Positions 39,633 through 52,725 of a DNA stretch of 64,000 nt are shown piece by piece. Each line of letters begins with the position of its first letter. The stretch's first letter is position 1. The DNA is from Eledone cirrhosa. Taxonomy: Eukaryota. The notes beneath the pieces were generated by a model. The model saw nothing but the letters and a program-made list of their open reading frames with translations, made no database searches and was not told where the DNA came from. Location: NCBI GenBank assembly GCA_964016885.1, contig OZ024740.1, positions 222,518,001-222,582,000 of the forward strand. Direction: 5' to 3'. Made by a program: the position numbers and the translations under genes.

Positions 39633-41106
39633 CGAAGGAAATGTGGTAAGGAACAAGGTGGACCATAACGCACCAAAGTACTCAATACTTAGGGTAGTAG
39701 AGTGGGTAATAGGAACGAGTAGGACCCCGACGGCTGAGCTCAAGCCGTTTCGACGGCTAATTCACCGTCGAAACGGCTTGAGCTCAGCCGTCGGGCACCT
39801 ACTCGTTCCTATATATATATATAGTGGAAAATCAAAGAACTTCCTTAGTATAGTAAGATATATAGTAAGAAAAAAGCGAAGAATGACTTAACGGGTGTTT
39901 GGTGATCTTAAATAATTCAAATCTTTATAGGCAGTGATGTTTATTTGTATTCCACATAAACTAGTCTCATGGCTCAGGCCAGGCAGAGAAATGGACAAAA
40001 TTTCATATCTTACTTAGAGAGCAATTGAAAGTTGTTATCAAAGGGTAGCTATTCATAGAGTTCTTCAAAAATGTCACCTGGCCCATGCCAGAATGGAAAT
40101 ACAGACATAATACTGGTAATGATGATGAATAAAATATTTATGTCTCTATTATTTGAAAGAGCTCTCACCTTAATCATAAGTGTAACTTAACAACAATTGT
40201 AATGATAATCATGATGGTGACAATGATGATAATAGCAACAACAATGATACTCAATGTCATCATAATCACACTCATCATCTGCACCACTGTTATCATCACC
40301 ACCATCATCATCATCATCATCATTATCTTTGTCTTTGTCATCACCATTATATCATCATTGTTATAATTATCACCTTAATCCTTTTCATTATCATCACCAT
40401 TGTCATCATCACCATTGTCATCATCACCATTGTCATCATCATCATTCTCATCATCATTCCCATCATCATCGTTGCCATCATTATCACTTTCATCGGTGCA
40501 TTGGCAGTATTGGTAGAGGGTTGGACATCCTGCTTTGACGCATAGAGTTACGGCCCTTGCCATTCTGAGTTCAAATCCCGCCGAGATTAACTTTGCCTTT
40601 CATCCTTACGGGGTCGATAAAATAAAGTACCAGTAATGTACTGGGTAATTGCTGGCCTTGTGCCAATAGTAGAAACAATTATCACCTTCATCATCTTCAT
40701 TATCATCGTCACTCTTGGCATCATCATCGTTGTCATCAACACCATCGTCATCATCACCATTGTCATCATTACCATTGTCCTCATCACCTTTGTCATCATC
40801 ATCACCATCATCATTGTCAGCAACAATTTAAATTTTATTTCTGTAGTGAAAATCTTCAGCATCATCATCGACATCATCAACCTCACCTTTATATCATCAT
40901 TATCATCATCATTGCTGTCATCATCCCCTTTATCATCATTATCGTCATCATCTCTTTCATCCTCTTCATCATCATCATGATTGTCCTCATAGTCATGGCC
41001 ACTCTTACCTTCCTCCCTTTCGTCTTTCTTTACATACTTTACTCTTTCTTTTCCTCCCACTCATCTTCCCTATCATCAGTACCACCACAGCCACCATCAT
41101 CATCAT
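39425..41106 (-). repeat. Right arm of ~1.7 kb inverted duplication
   Basis: Reverse complement of 32578-34300. Confidence 0.95.
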
Positions 41107-41335
41107 GGTGATTTAGGTGAGGTTGGTTTCTTATTTTAATTCAAACTTTTAATTTTAATGTTTTTCCTATGCCTCTAGTAGATTATATTCTCTTCACGTT
41201 GGTGGTTTGAAATTCCTGTAAAGAAAAACAGTCTTATGTGTCTTTCCCCTCTATACATTGTATTTTAAAGTGTCCATTAAAACTCTTTCCTTTGAGCTCA
41301 TTTAATTACAAGATTATACGCGAATCCTTTGCTCC

Positions 41336-42420
41336 ATTATTATACCAATTTATGTAGAAGCTTGTATAAGATCAACAGATACTTATTCAGGTGGGCTCTT
41401 ATAATTCTTCAGTGGGTGCCCAATAATATTAATATTGATAATCAAATCAACATTAATATTTAGCGATAATCACCATCAGTGCTTGGGGTAGCTGCTAGGT
41501 TGGTAGCCCAGCAGTTCTAAAGAAATACTCATACTGTCTCAAGCACTGATGGTGATTATCGCTAAATATTGATGTTGATTTGATTATCAATATTAATATT
41601 ATTGGGCACCCACTGAAGAATTATAAGAGCCCACCTGAATAAGTATCTGTTGATCTTATACAGGCTTCTACATAAATTGGTATAATTTCACCCAATTTGT
41701 AGGAATCTTATAATGAAACGAGACGCCGTCTGAGATGAGATATATTTGATATAACTCATATGAAATAAAACAGCCAATTTTCCACACAATACAATTAGTT
41801 AGCACCCGAACGTTTAATTAAGAATATATTCACTTATTTCCTAATGTGTGTTGAGTGAGTTGGGATTTGGTCGGAGTATCGCTATAGCTTTCTCCGATAA
41901 TGTATTTATATATTTAATCTTGGAGCAACGGATATGAACTTCCCGATATAAGGTTTGGCTCTCTTTGTTTATTTTTATATATGAATATTGATTGTTTCTT
42001 GTATCTCATTCTCTTCTTTTGCCCGAGAAAATATCTGTGTGTCATCAAACGATGTACACATGGATATTTTTTCAAATTCCAATTGAATTCTAGCACGTGG
42101 CTTGAATTCCTCTTAGAGTTCATTGTCCTGCGCATGTATTGTTTTTTGGCGGTAATTCTCCTTCCTCTTTTTTTTTTGAGACAGTATGAGAATATCTTTA
42201 GAACTGCTGGGCTAGCAACCTAACAGCTACCTAAAGCACTGATGGTGATTATCGCTAAATATTGATGTTGATTTGATTATCAATATTAATATTATTGGAC
42301 ACCCACTGAAGAATTATAAGAGCCCACCTGAATAAGTATCTGTTGATCTCATACAAGCTTCTACATAAATTGGTATAATTTCACCCAACTTATTAGCTTT
42401 CTCCGATAATGTATTTATAT
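41336..42420 (+). mobile_element. PLE remnant: inverted plus partial tandem pLTR copies
   Basis: 41336-41543 is the reverse complement of ~42175-42376; 41541-41696 is a direct copy of ~42233-42388; shared end TAGCTTTCTCCGATAATGTATTTATATA at 41885 and 42394; NGYELPDI (~41927-41950) resembles a PLE endonuclease C-terminus. Confidence 0.75.
41608..41735 (+). ncRNA. Type I hammerhead with large branched stem II insertion
   Basis: CTGAAGA at 41613; ATTATAAGA/TCTTATAAT stem II; GAAA at 41715; ACG..CGT stem III; GUC 41728-41730; weak stem I. Confidence 0.7.
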
Positions 42421-42423
42421 ATA

Positions 42424-42581
42424 TATAGTTATAGGAATAGCCAAAGAGTGCTTAGCATATTCCTATAACTATAACGGCTCTGTAGTATACTAGTTATCCT
42501 ACATTGAGCTAAAAACACACTGTCATACCAAGGGCAATATATCAGCGTGTCTGGCAATATTGATATATTTGTCAACGAAAC
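42424..42581 (+). mobile_element. Minimal PLE end in (TA)n: 16-bp inverted repeat plus tail
   Basis: TATAGTTATAGGAATA (42424-42439) and TATTCCTATAACTATA (42458-42473), followed by the UU-bulge hairpin. Confidence 0.65.
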
Positions 42582-42685
42582 TATATACATATATATATAT
42601 ACATACATATATATATATATGAAAGACGTAAAATAAGAAAATTTTAAAAAGAATTTAAAAAATTAACTTACTTACTAAAATTTTC

Positions 42686-42767
42686 ACTCCAACTAATTAG
42701 TTTCTGCAATGGGATAAAGACAGTTACGTAATATAACCGTCGAGAATTCATTGCGTCATCAGGGAGT
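42686..42767 (-). ncRNA. Type I hammerhead ribozyme, palindromic stem III
   Basis: Minus strand ACTCC-CTGATGA-C-GCAATG..CATTGC-A-GAAA-CTAATTAG-TT-GGAGT, inside a 25-bp inverted pair (42618-42642 and 42840-42864). Confidence 0.85.
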
Positions 42768-42970
42768 CTATTCTCAGGTAAGTCTCCAGGCAATGCGCGG
42801 ACACTGGGGACTCATATAAAAATAATAATAATTCGGTAGATTTTCTTATTTTACGTCTTTCATATTATTGTTCTGCATCCTCCTGCATTGAACCACCTAG
42901 GTACTATTACATAACTTATGTATTTGCTAGCATTAGCGTACATCTGTACGCATATGTTAGTAGATATACT

Positions 42971-43062
<92 letters not shown>

Positions 43063-43148
43063 CATATATATATAATCACATATATATATATTTAATATAG
43101 AAAAGGCTTCTACAGGACTAGAACACAGATAAACACATAGTTAAATCT

Positions 43149-43240
43149 TCTCCTTTGCTGACGATCCGGGATTTGACTACTGATTTACCAATTGATGGTG
43201 AAATATATTTCTTTATTCAATGAAGTATATACAAAGGAGA
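43149..43240 (+). ncRNA. Type I hammerhead ribozyme
   Basis: TCTCCTTTG/CAAAGGAGA stem I; CTGACGA at 43158; GAAA at 43200; stem III ATATATTTC/GAAGTATAT; AUA triplet; irregular stem II. Confidence 0.8.
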
Positions 43241-43769
43241 TTAATCATCTTTAAAAGGTTTTGAAGTTCTCGTTAAACTTTAATAGGACTGTCTGGATGC
43301 CCTTGCCAACATCAACGACGTTTACAGTGTGGACTGGGAGGTTTTTACGTGTTACCTACATGGCCACATTACAGCATCGTGACACCTACATGACCTCATT
43401 TATTTAGGACTGGATGTTATGGTACCAACATAACTTTACAGAGAAAGGGTGGTGTTGATAGGGGCGGGGCAGTTGGGGTAGTGGGATGGGGGTGTATATT
43501 TGATTAAGAGGTGCCTACTGACTGTAGGTTTCACTTTGTACTTAGGCAAGGTGGGTTTTCTGTATTACTGCAAAACACCAAAGATCTCGGTCCAGTGACA
43601 TTGTCTTAGAGAGGTGTAAGTGTGTAAGGTCAGAATTTATCAAATCGTCCCAGGTTTTTCTGGGTATGCCTACTCCGTAACTTCTGTCAATTTTGATCGC
43701 CCTGCATTTTTTTATACAAAAAAAAAAAATTAAAAAATAATAATAATGATTTCTTTATTTATTTATGTG

Positions 43770-44170
43770 ATCACAATATCACGGCAAAAGAATTTGACAA
43801 GCTACAAAAATATAAAGATCTGCTTATTGAAATTGAGAAAATGTGGCACCTCAAGGCCGTTACAATACCAGTGATTGTGGGAGGACTGGGAATGATCAAG
43901 AAAGGAACAGAACAATATTTGCGAATTATTCCTGGTTTACCCTCTCTGCAAGAGGTGCAAAAATTTGTTTTGACGGGTACTGCACACGTATTGAGAAGAG
44001 TACTATCTCTGTAAGATTGATATCCTTCCTTACATATGCATATGCACATGTGCATATATGTATACTGTTTTTTTTTGTTTTTATTGTTAGTTTTAATCAA
44101 TGTTCTAATTTATTTGCCCTAGGTGTCAGGAAGAGACTCGCCATATATCTCAGAAACAATAATGCAAGAA

Positions 44171-44172
<2 letters not shown>
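43770..44172 (+). mobile_element. R4/Dong-like RLE non-LTR retrotransposon 3' end, ending in (TAA)n
   Basis: KEFDKLQKYKDLLIEIEKMWHLKAVTIPVIVGGLGMI..QKFVLTGTAHVLRRVLS*, then (AAT)n. Confidence 0.85.
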
Positions 44173-44218
<46 letters not shown>

Positions 44219-44221
<3 letters not shown>

Positions 44222-44406
44222 TGTTTCTACTTTAGGCACAAGGCCAGCAATTACCCAGTGCATTACTGGTACTTTATTTTATCGACCCCGTAAGGATGAA
44301 AGGCAAAGTCAACCTCGGCGGGATTTGAACTCAGATCGTAAAGGGACGTAACTATGCTGGAAAGCATGGCGTCCGACCCTCTACCGATACTGCCAATCCA
44401 CTGACC
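44219..44406 (-). mobile_element. SINE S1 inserted in (TAA)n
   Basis: Full-length reverse-complement S1 flanked by AAT repeats. Confidence 0.9.
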
Positions 44407-44649
44407 TTATAATAATAATAATAATGTTTTCTTTATTAACCACAAGGGTTTACATAAAGTAGACATTAAGGACAGTACAGGACAATACAGGACGGTACAA
44501 ATGGGCATTTCTGCGTGTAAAAAAAACGGAGGTTGAAATAAAATAACAAAGAAAAATTCCCCAATAGGGGGGATACTTCCGAGGGACATTTGTGGAGAAA
44601 GCCCATTAAAAGACCACAGTGGCCCTGGCCACCAGGGCAAGTGCCCTCT

Positions 44650-47030
44650 CCCAGTTTTCCACCTTTAATTTACAGACACATACTCAGAGAAGGCCCATTC
44701 ATTCGGGCCATACTTGCTTCTCTCACCCATCTTTCAACAAAATGCTGGGAAGAGAGTACTTCCCTCTCTACCCTGATTTTCCTTTTCAAATGAAATTTGA
44801 AAAAGTTAATCAGGGCATCACCGAAGAGGTAAGTGCTCGTCTTCAGCCCTTTCAAACGTGTCCACCATACTATCTCTTTCGCCATGGCCACCAGACAGAT
44901 AAAAACTGCCTGCCCTCACCTCTTCGTATTCTCTTAGTGTAGTGCCGATCGCCTCGATGTGTTTGGCGTTCGACACCACTACGGTGACATCGTCGGCATA
45001 TGCTGACACGGATCTTCCGCATCTTAGTTCGCGCGGGACCCCCCCTCAACGTCTCCAGTTTGTGCAGTAATGGCTCGAGAGTCAATACGTACAATAGGGA
45101 CGAGAGGGGACATCCTTGGCGGACCAAGCGCATGATGTTGAACGGTTCCGAAAGGTGATCCTTCACTCTCACTACAGAGCAGATGTCGCTGTGCATGGCA
45201 GCGGTCCAGCTTCTGAAGGCGGGCCCAAAGCTAGCCGCCCTCAGGACTGCCGCTAGGTAACGATGGTCGACCCTATCGAAAGCTTTCGACTGATCTAAAT
45301 TGATCAAGGACCCACCCGTGCCAGGTTCCATAGCTACTCTCTCTACGATGTATCGCATGAGGTGGAGGTTGTCGTGGGTGGATCTGTCGAGAATGGCGCA
45401 TGTCTGTGCCTCTCCCACCAGACCACCAACGACAAGCGCCAACCTCATTGCTAGCACCTTGGACAAAATCTTGAACTCTGTGTTTAGCAGAGTTATGGGC
45501 CTAAAATTATCTATGTTATCCCCCTTATTCGGATCCTTTCTCAGCAGCGCCACAGCTTCTCGGCTCACAGAGCTGGGAATTGTCCCGTTCTGTTGCCAGT
45601 TGCAGTAGATGTCCGCCAAGCGGCCTCCGAACAAGTCTGGCATCTGTACGTAATGTTCATAGGGCAGATATTCCAAACCAGGCGAATTACCTCTTGTGCC
45701 TCCCGTACTTCAGCGGCTGTTATCAGCTTTTCGCAACACTCCGCCTCAGTGGCCGAGAGCCGCGGCAGTCCGTCGAGATAGACACTAATGTCCATCCCTC
45801 GATCCTGCCCGCCCCTGCCCCCGAACAGCTGTGCGAAGTGTCGCTGAAAAGCTTCACACATTTAACCGGGATCGAGTACCTAACGCCCGTCGTGGTCCAC
45901 CAAAGACCGGATCGTGGCTTCGTTGCCACTACGCGCCTCCGCCACTCGGGCCCATTGAACGGCTTTCGTCCCCTCGTGTCTGAGAGCACGCACCCTAGCT
46001 CTGACAACGCAGCCTTCGTGCTTTGCATTGAAGAATTGGTGAAGGGCCTATTTCGCCGCAAGTACGTCGGTCGCGATGCCTTTGCTAAGCGCCTCGTCTA
46101 ATTTTCTAACTAATTCTCCCTCTACTCTATTTTTCTTTATTGCTAAAGCCTTACTAAACCTAATGGACTCTATTCTAATTGCTCTTTTCAGAGCAAACCA
46201 CCACTTGTTGTTGACGATGGCCCCCGTCAACGCCCGCTTAACTAGTTCGCTAATCCGGTCTCTGGTGAGGATGCGTTTAGCTTCCAGTAGCCTGGTCCTC
46301 GTCTATGAAGCCTATCTAAGTAAAGCACACAGATCACGAATTTGTGGTCCGTGTAGCTGACTATCTTGAATTGTGGACAGCCTATGCTAGACCTATCTAT
46401 TTCCCTACAAAATACTCTATCTAGATATGATCTGGATGACCCTATGCGATGTGTCCAAGTCCACATTGACACATTCGGGAAATCCAATCGGTACCTGTCA
46501 GACAGTTCAAAACGCCTGAGCAGGTTGGTGAGGCTCTTGCACCTTCCTCCCCTATCCGCTAATCCCACACAGTCCCAGCGTGCATCTAAGATGCCGTTCC
46601 AGTCGCCCACTAACACTAAAGAGCGGGACGTTCCTAGAAAGGTCTCCAGACGCCGGAAGAAATCAGGCCGCCCTGCTCCTGTCGTGGAATAGACGGCCAC
46701 TAGCCTGAAAGCTTGCCCGTCCCCGCTGGTCATGTCTAGCATCACCAACTTACCTTCTGGGTCCAGGAAGATGGCCCGTATGGCGAGATCCAAACCTCTC
46801 CGAAAAAGCACAGCAGCTCCTCCCCCCGATCCCGGACGGCTGGGAGATGCGTACACATCGTAGCCGCCGAAGATCGGTGCGAAGGCCCGTGCTTTGGAGA
46901 TTCTGGTCTCGCTGATGGCCACTACATCTATGTTTAGTGACCTGTGGTCGTTGAGCAGGTGGCCCTCCTTCCATGACGACCCCAAGCCAAGCGCATTTAT
47001 GCTGCCTATTCTGAGTGAGGTGACGTTGAA
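44650..47030 (-). pseudogene. LINE ORF2 (APE endonuclease + RT), frameshifted and internally deleted
   Basis: LRIGSINALGL, ISETR, VGDWN, SYLDRVF, TDHK, GYWKLN; NFRPITLLNTEFKILSK, LDQSKAFDRVDH, RQGCPLS, YADD. Confidence 0.92.
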
Positions 47031-47743
47031 ATGGAGTGGAAAAGATGGGAAAGACCACTTACCTTCTCGTAGAGGAAGGATGGTTTGTCCATCCTTTTCA
47101 CCACTTGTGGCCTCCTCCGGAAGGATGTCCTAATAAATCCTCCTGGAGATTGTTTGTCGGAAGTCTCCGATTTCTTTGGGTAATTTTTGTTTTAGTGTCG
47201 TGTACGTTTTCTGTGTGATGCGAGTGATTTGTATGTGTGGAGGTGGTGTGAACCTTTGGGTTGTTATGTAGTCTTTTTCTGTGATGCTGGTGTTGTGTTG
47301 GATGTAGTGTAATAATTGGTTGTTGTTCAAATTTAATGCTGTGTAGTGTGTATCGTTTTGGTTGTTTTGTTTTGTTTGCGTTTGTTGTGGGTTTCATTCT
47401 GTTACGCTTTTTGGTGACTTTTGTGGTGTTGGTGTTTGTGGTGATGGGTTTGGTGATGCTGGTGTGGATGGTGGCATATCTGTCCTAACTTTTTTGTTTG
47501 ATAGTTTATTTGTTTCCCTCCATATTTTGTTTTTGGAGGGGGAAGGAAGAGAATTTTTCTTTTTTGGTTTCTTTTTTTCATTTTTCCTGATACCGCTTCC
47601 CACTCCTCGTCGTCACAATCTGTCAGCAGTTGCTATAAGCCGGGAAGTGGAAAATCCTCCACAGGCGTTGGTTTTGCTTGTGGCGTGGTGGATGGTGTAG
47701 GCGCTGGTCCTAGTTCTGGCGCGTTGGGTGGTGGTGTTGTTGG

Positions 47744-48682
47744 TTATTCTACTGTTGCTGCGGTTGTTGCTGTTACAGTAGCTTCTGTTGTTGCTGCTAC
47801 AGTTGTTGCTGCCATCTCTGCTGCTGATGGTGTTGATGGTTGAGTCACTGTGGTTGGTAAGAGAGGTGGCCTCAACCTTTTAGCCTGAGGGCAGAAAGCC
47901 CTTAGGTGGGTTCCTTCACCACAAACGACACACCTAGGCCTTCTGCCCTCGACGATTACGGTGAGGTGGCTGCCGTCAGTGAGATCTATTACCTCTGAGA
48001 TCTCCTCAATGCTTTTATGGTCCGCTTGGATCAAGAGCGCCATCCCAGATCCGGACCAGTTCTCCTGCTTTTCTTTCGCTATTTCGATTATCTTGGTGTT
48101 GGCCTCGATGCCGGCGAGGACGGCAGCCATTAGCCAGGGAATTTCGATGGCCGGTGGAACGTGGGTCACCCCGATCTTCACGAGTTTCTGGCCACAATAG
48201 CTTGGGACGAGTGTGAAGTCGTCACTTCTTAATGGGGCCATGGAGTGTTCTCTGGCCTTCTGTGGTGTTTCAAAGAACACGTCCACGGTTCCATATTTCT
48301 GCCCACGTCTGATGTGGGTTTCTTTTGCCCACACATGTCCCAAAGCTTTTTGGATTTGGGACGCGGATGCCCGTTCCACTCGGCGCGATTTTATGTTAAT
48401 TGTCCGATAAGATACGGTGCATAGGCGACGATGCTCCATTTTATTAGGTGCGCGATGGGTGAGGCTGACCCTGTACCAATCTTTCTTTACCATTCTTTTG
48501 GCTTCTTCTAATTCCTCCTGAGTTACCTGGATCGCTTCGCACATTTTTGCTACTCTCGCAAAAGACAGGGTAGTTTTCTTAATATCATTGTTGTTGTTGT
48601 TATCGTTATTTTTGTTATTGTTCATTTTAGTTTCAGTTGTGGTGGTGGTGGCGTCAGTGGTGTTCGGTGTAGAAGAGTTCAT
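47744..48682 (-). CDS. LINE ORF1 (gag-like, CX2CX4HX4C zinc knuckle); Thr/Pro-rich sequence continues past the stop
   Basis: VEGRRPRCVVCGEGTHLRAFCP. Confidence 0.85.
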   Translation of the reverse strand: MNSSTPNTTDATTTTTETKMNNNKNNDNNNNNDIKKTTLSFARVAKMCEAIQVTQEELEEAKRMVKKDWYRVSLTHRAPNKMEHRRLCTVSYRTINIKSRRVERASASQIQKALGHVWAKETHIRRGQKYGTVDVFFETPQKAREHSMAPLRSDDFTLVPSYCGQKLVKIGVTHVPPAIEIPWLMAAVLAGIEANTKIIEIAKEKQENWSGSGMALLIQADHKSIEEISEVIDLTDGSHLTVIVEGRRPRCVVCGEGTHLRAFCPQAKRLRPPLLPTTVTQPSTPSAAEMAATTVAATTEATVTATTAATVE

Positions 48683-49278
48683 TTTGGTTGAATTTATTTC
48701 GATATCACGAGTTAATTTATTTTTTTCTGTTGTTTCTGTGTCGCTGGGGTGGGGTGGCGGCTTTAAAACACGCAGTCATTGGTAATGGCGGGAAATGAAT
48801 GTCTGCCTGAGACAAATTTAAAATATTGCTACTGCTTATATTTTTAGTGTTGGCAAACGTAGTAATATTTACAATGGTGGTGTCGGTGTGAGGTGTTAGT
48901 TTGTGAGGAAGGTGTGACTCTGTGACGGCCATGATTTTTCAAAGAAATTTTTTTTTTTTGTTTGATAATTATAAAAAGATTAAATTTTGGGCTCAAGGCC
49001 CCAATCTTTTTGAGTGTCTTTTCAGAAATCAATGTATGTGCACTTATATACAGTTAACAATAAAAAGTTTCCATAAATGGCAATTTTAAACAACTGAAAA
49101 TAACAAACCTTTGCGGAACTCACAGTGATACGATTTACAACGTAGGTCGACAATAATAATAATAATAATAATTTTTTTTTTCTTTTTTAAATGATAATCA
49201 ATGTGCTGTATTAACTGGCTTACCAATGCACACTGTGAATTTATTTGCCCTCGGAGTCAGGAAGACACTCGGCATATA

Positions 49279-50920
49279 TTGTTCTACATGGATGACCTGA
49301 AACTATTTGCAACAAAATGATGAGCAATTGCAAGGGCTATTATCCACTGTGAAGCAGTTCAGTTATGACATTAAAATGGAGTTTGGACTAGATAAATGCG
49401 TCAAAGCCACGTTCACCAGAGGAAAGCTGCTGAAAAGTTCAGACATTAATCTTGATCGGGGGAACGTGATAAGAGAACTTGATCAAGGGGAAACTTACAA
49501 ATATCTAGGTGTTTGTGAAGGAGACGGAATCAAGCACTCGACAATGAGGGATAGGATAAGGAAGGAATGTTGCCGCATAGTAAGAGCAATCTTAAGAACG
49601 GAATTAAATGCAAGGAATAGGATCGATGCCATAAACACGCTTGCCATACCAGTAGTAACCTACAGTTACAATGTCATCAACTGGTCAAGCACAGAGATCC
49701 GTAGGCTCAATACAAAAATTAGAAAATTCTTAACCATGCGCAGAATGCATCACCCTAAGGCAGATACATATAGAATATATCTCCCTAGGAAAGAACGCGG
49801 ATGTGGCTTAATCCAGTTAGATATTGCGTTGAAAACTGCAACAATTGGATTATCTACATATCTAAAGGTATCACATGATTGGGTGATCAAACTCATTTTG
49901 AAACACAAAAGCATCAAAAGATGCACAAAGATACAGTAATGAACTACAAATATCAGAAGTCCCATTTACTGCTGAAATGAAAAAACACAGAAAAAGCAAA
50001 GCAGGTAAAAGTAACTGCAAAGAAAGAGCTGCTACAGAAACTGGCTAAGAAATGGCAAGAAAAGTATCTGTATGGAAAATACCCAGAAAGAGCTATCAAT
50101 CCTGATGTTGACAAAACTTTAACCCATCAGTGGTTGGCATCCTCTGGACTGAAATTGGAGACTGAAGGACTGATTATATCAGCACAAGATGAGTGTCTGC
50201 CAACAAAAAATTACCAAGCCAACATAATAAAAATTGCAACCCATTATGCTGTGTATCTAAAAAACAACCAAAGACCATTGATAATATAATTTCAATGTGC
50301 AGTCCTATAGTTCCAAGCCAATACCTAAACAGGCACGACAGAGCTGCACAATACATACATTGGATAATGTGTAAGCATTTTGACCTGCCCCATCAAAATA
50401 ATTGGGGGGGGGGGAGCATAAACCACCTACCGTACTTGAAAAAGATCACATCTCAATACTGTGAAACTTTAGCATCCCCAACAGACCGAAAAATAAATGC
50501 AAATAGACCTGATATAATACTGAAGGACTTTAAAAAGAGGGTATGCCTGCTAATTGATATGTCCGTTCCAATAGACAAGAATGTTTCAATAAAAACATTT
50601 GAAAAATTGAGCAAGTATAAGGACCTGGAGTTAGAAATTGGAAAAACGTGGAAATTGAGAACTAAAACAATACCAGTGGTTGTAGGCCCTCTAGGAATGA
50701 TACCTATGGGGTATAATGATTACTTATCGCAAATCCCAGAAGAAATACAAAAGATGGTACTAATGGGAACTAAGGAAGATTCTGTCAATATAAGTACATC
50801 AGAAGTCTAAACTCATAAAGATGCATGTGTGTGTATGTATGTTCTTCCTTGTTGTGTCTTGAGGTCACTGGTTGTGACTTGGTGATAACTCGTATGAACA
50901 TAAAGCAAGATAAATGCAGT

Positions 50921-50922
<2 letters not shown>
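49279..50922 (+). mobile_element. R4/Dong-like non-LTR retrotransposon, 5'-truncated at RT YMDD, disrupted, (TAA)n tail
   Basis: FYMDDLKLFA, MEFGLDKC, TYKYLGV, AINTLAIPV, IYLPRKERGCGL, RHD..IHW, NRPDII, LIDMSVP..EKLSKYKDL (PD-D/ExK RLE). Confidence 0.9.
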
Positions 50923-50973
<51 letters not shown>

Positions 50974-50977
<4 letters not shown>

Positions 50978-52725
50978 CTTTCTTTATTAACCACAAGGTT
51001 TTACACAAAGTAGACATGAATGACAGTAGAGGACAACAAAGGATGGTGCAAATGGGCATTTCTGCATGTAAAAAAACAAAAAAACAGAGGATGTAACAAA
51101 AAAAAAAACAATGAAAAATTCCCCAATAGGGGGGAGACTTCTGAGGGCCATCGTGGAGAAAGCCCATTTAAAGCCACGGTGACCCTGACCACAGGGGCAA
51201 GTGTCCTCTCCCAGTTTTCCATCTTCAATTTACAGGCATATACACAGAGTAGGCCCATTCACTTGCCCATCTTTCAAAAAAATGCTGGGAAGAGAGCACT
51301 TTCCTCTCTACTCTGATTTTTCTTTTCAAATGAAATTTGAAAAAGTTAATCAGGGCATCACCGAAGAGGTAAGTGCTCATCTTCAGCCCTTTCAGACGCG
51401 TCCACCATACTATCTCTTTCACCATGGCCACCAGACAGATAAAAACTGCCTGCCCTTCCCGGCTAAAGGAAGAGCATGGGGCAATCCTCACGATGGACTC
51501 AGCTGATCCGTTCTACATGCGACAGCAGGTGTTTGACATAAACCCACAAGTCAGCAATGCTTGGACACTGGACGAGTGCAGGGAGGACAGTTTCGTCACC
51601 CAGTATGCATCTCGGACATCCCCGGCTGACGGCACTTCCATGCCTGTAGAGTTTATCCTGAACTGGCAAAGCTCCTCGGTAGCAATGCCAGTCCAGGAAT
51701 TTCTAAAAATTGTTCATGGGCCCCGGCCCGAAAGTTCTTCCGAAGAGATTGGCTAGTTGATTTTCATCGACAACTAGAGTTTCCCAAAGTACGTCGTCGT
51801 TCTCCCCCTCCACTAATACTCTATAGAACGCCAAGGTGGAGTTTCCACCGATCACATTGCCCGACTGGTTGAGCGCCATGAGTGCCTGAAGACATTCCTG
51901 TCTCCAAGCGCTCCCTCTCGGTCTTCGTTTGACCCAGGACTGCAGCTCCATCAAGGAGACGAGCTGGGGAAAGACGCATCTAGCAAATGGCGACCACACC
52001 GGATCACCGTCGAGGAAGAGGTGGAGATGTCGTAGCCTGAACACGTGTCTGCGCATCATCAGCCATGGCATGCCCAGCCCTCCACGTAGCGGGTGTTGAT
52101 AGCAGATGGACCGCCTGACCATCGGAGCGAGTCCCTTCCACAAAAAGCGAAAGAGCAAATGCTCCAGCGCAGTCAGGCGGGGCTTAGGACAAGGTACGAC
52201 GGTCAGGCGGTAGTAGATGACGGACACAATGTATACATTCGCCACCTCCGCTCGACCTTTCAGGGATAGCTTCCTCTCCGCCCATTTCTGGGTGAGAGAA
52301 GCCACCCTCTCTGTCACTTCATCCCAGTTTTTGTCTGTCTGGAGGTCCGGACCGAACCAGACCCCTAGCAATTTAACCGGTCCATCCATCCAGTGCCTGA
52401 CGATGCTGTTGGACGGCATGGAACCGCCTCTCCAGGTGCCAAGCTGCAGGCCCACTGACTTTTCCTGGTTGCTCATTGCTCCTGTCACCGCTTTGTATTC
52501 TCTTAGTGTAGTGCCGATCGCCTCAATGTGTTTGGCTTTCGACACCACTACGGTGACATCGTCCGCATATGCTGACACGGACCTTCCGCATCCTAGTCCG
52601 GGCGGGAACCCCCCCCCCCCCCCCAACGTCTCCAGTTTGTGCAGTAATGGTTCGAGAGTCAATACGTACAAGAGGGACTAGAGGGGACATCCTTGGCGGA
52701 CCGAGTGCATGATGTTGAACGGTTC

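Larger units (their letters stand above)
44423..49151 (-). mobile_element. Near full-length Tx1/L1-clade LINE with ~1 kb internal deletion, flanked by (AAT)n
   Basis: ORF1 with CCHC knuckle, APE and RT; AAT repeats at 44409-44425 and 49152-49172. The 5' boundary is inferred. Confidence 0.88.

Noticed and set aside
45300-47700. Plus-strand ORFs over the Tx1-like element
   Set aside because: Antisense shadows of GC-rich LINE coding sequence.
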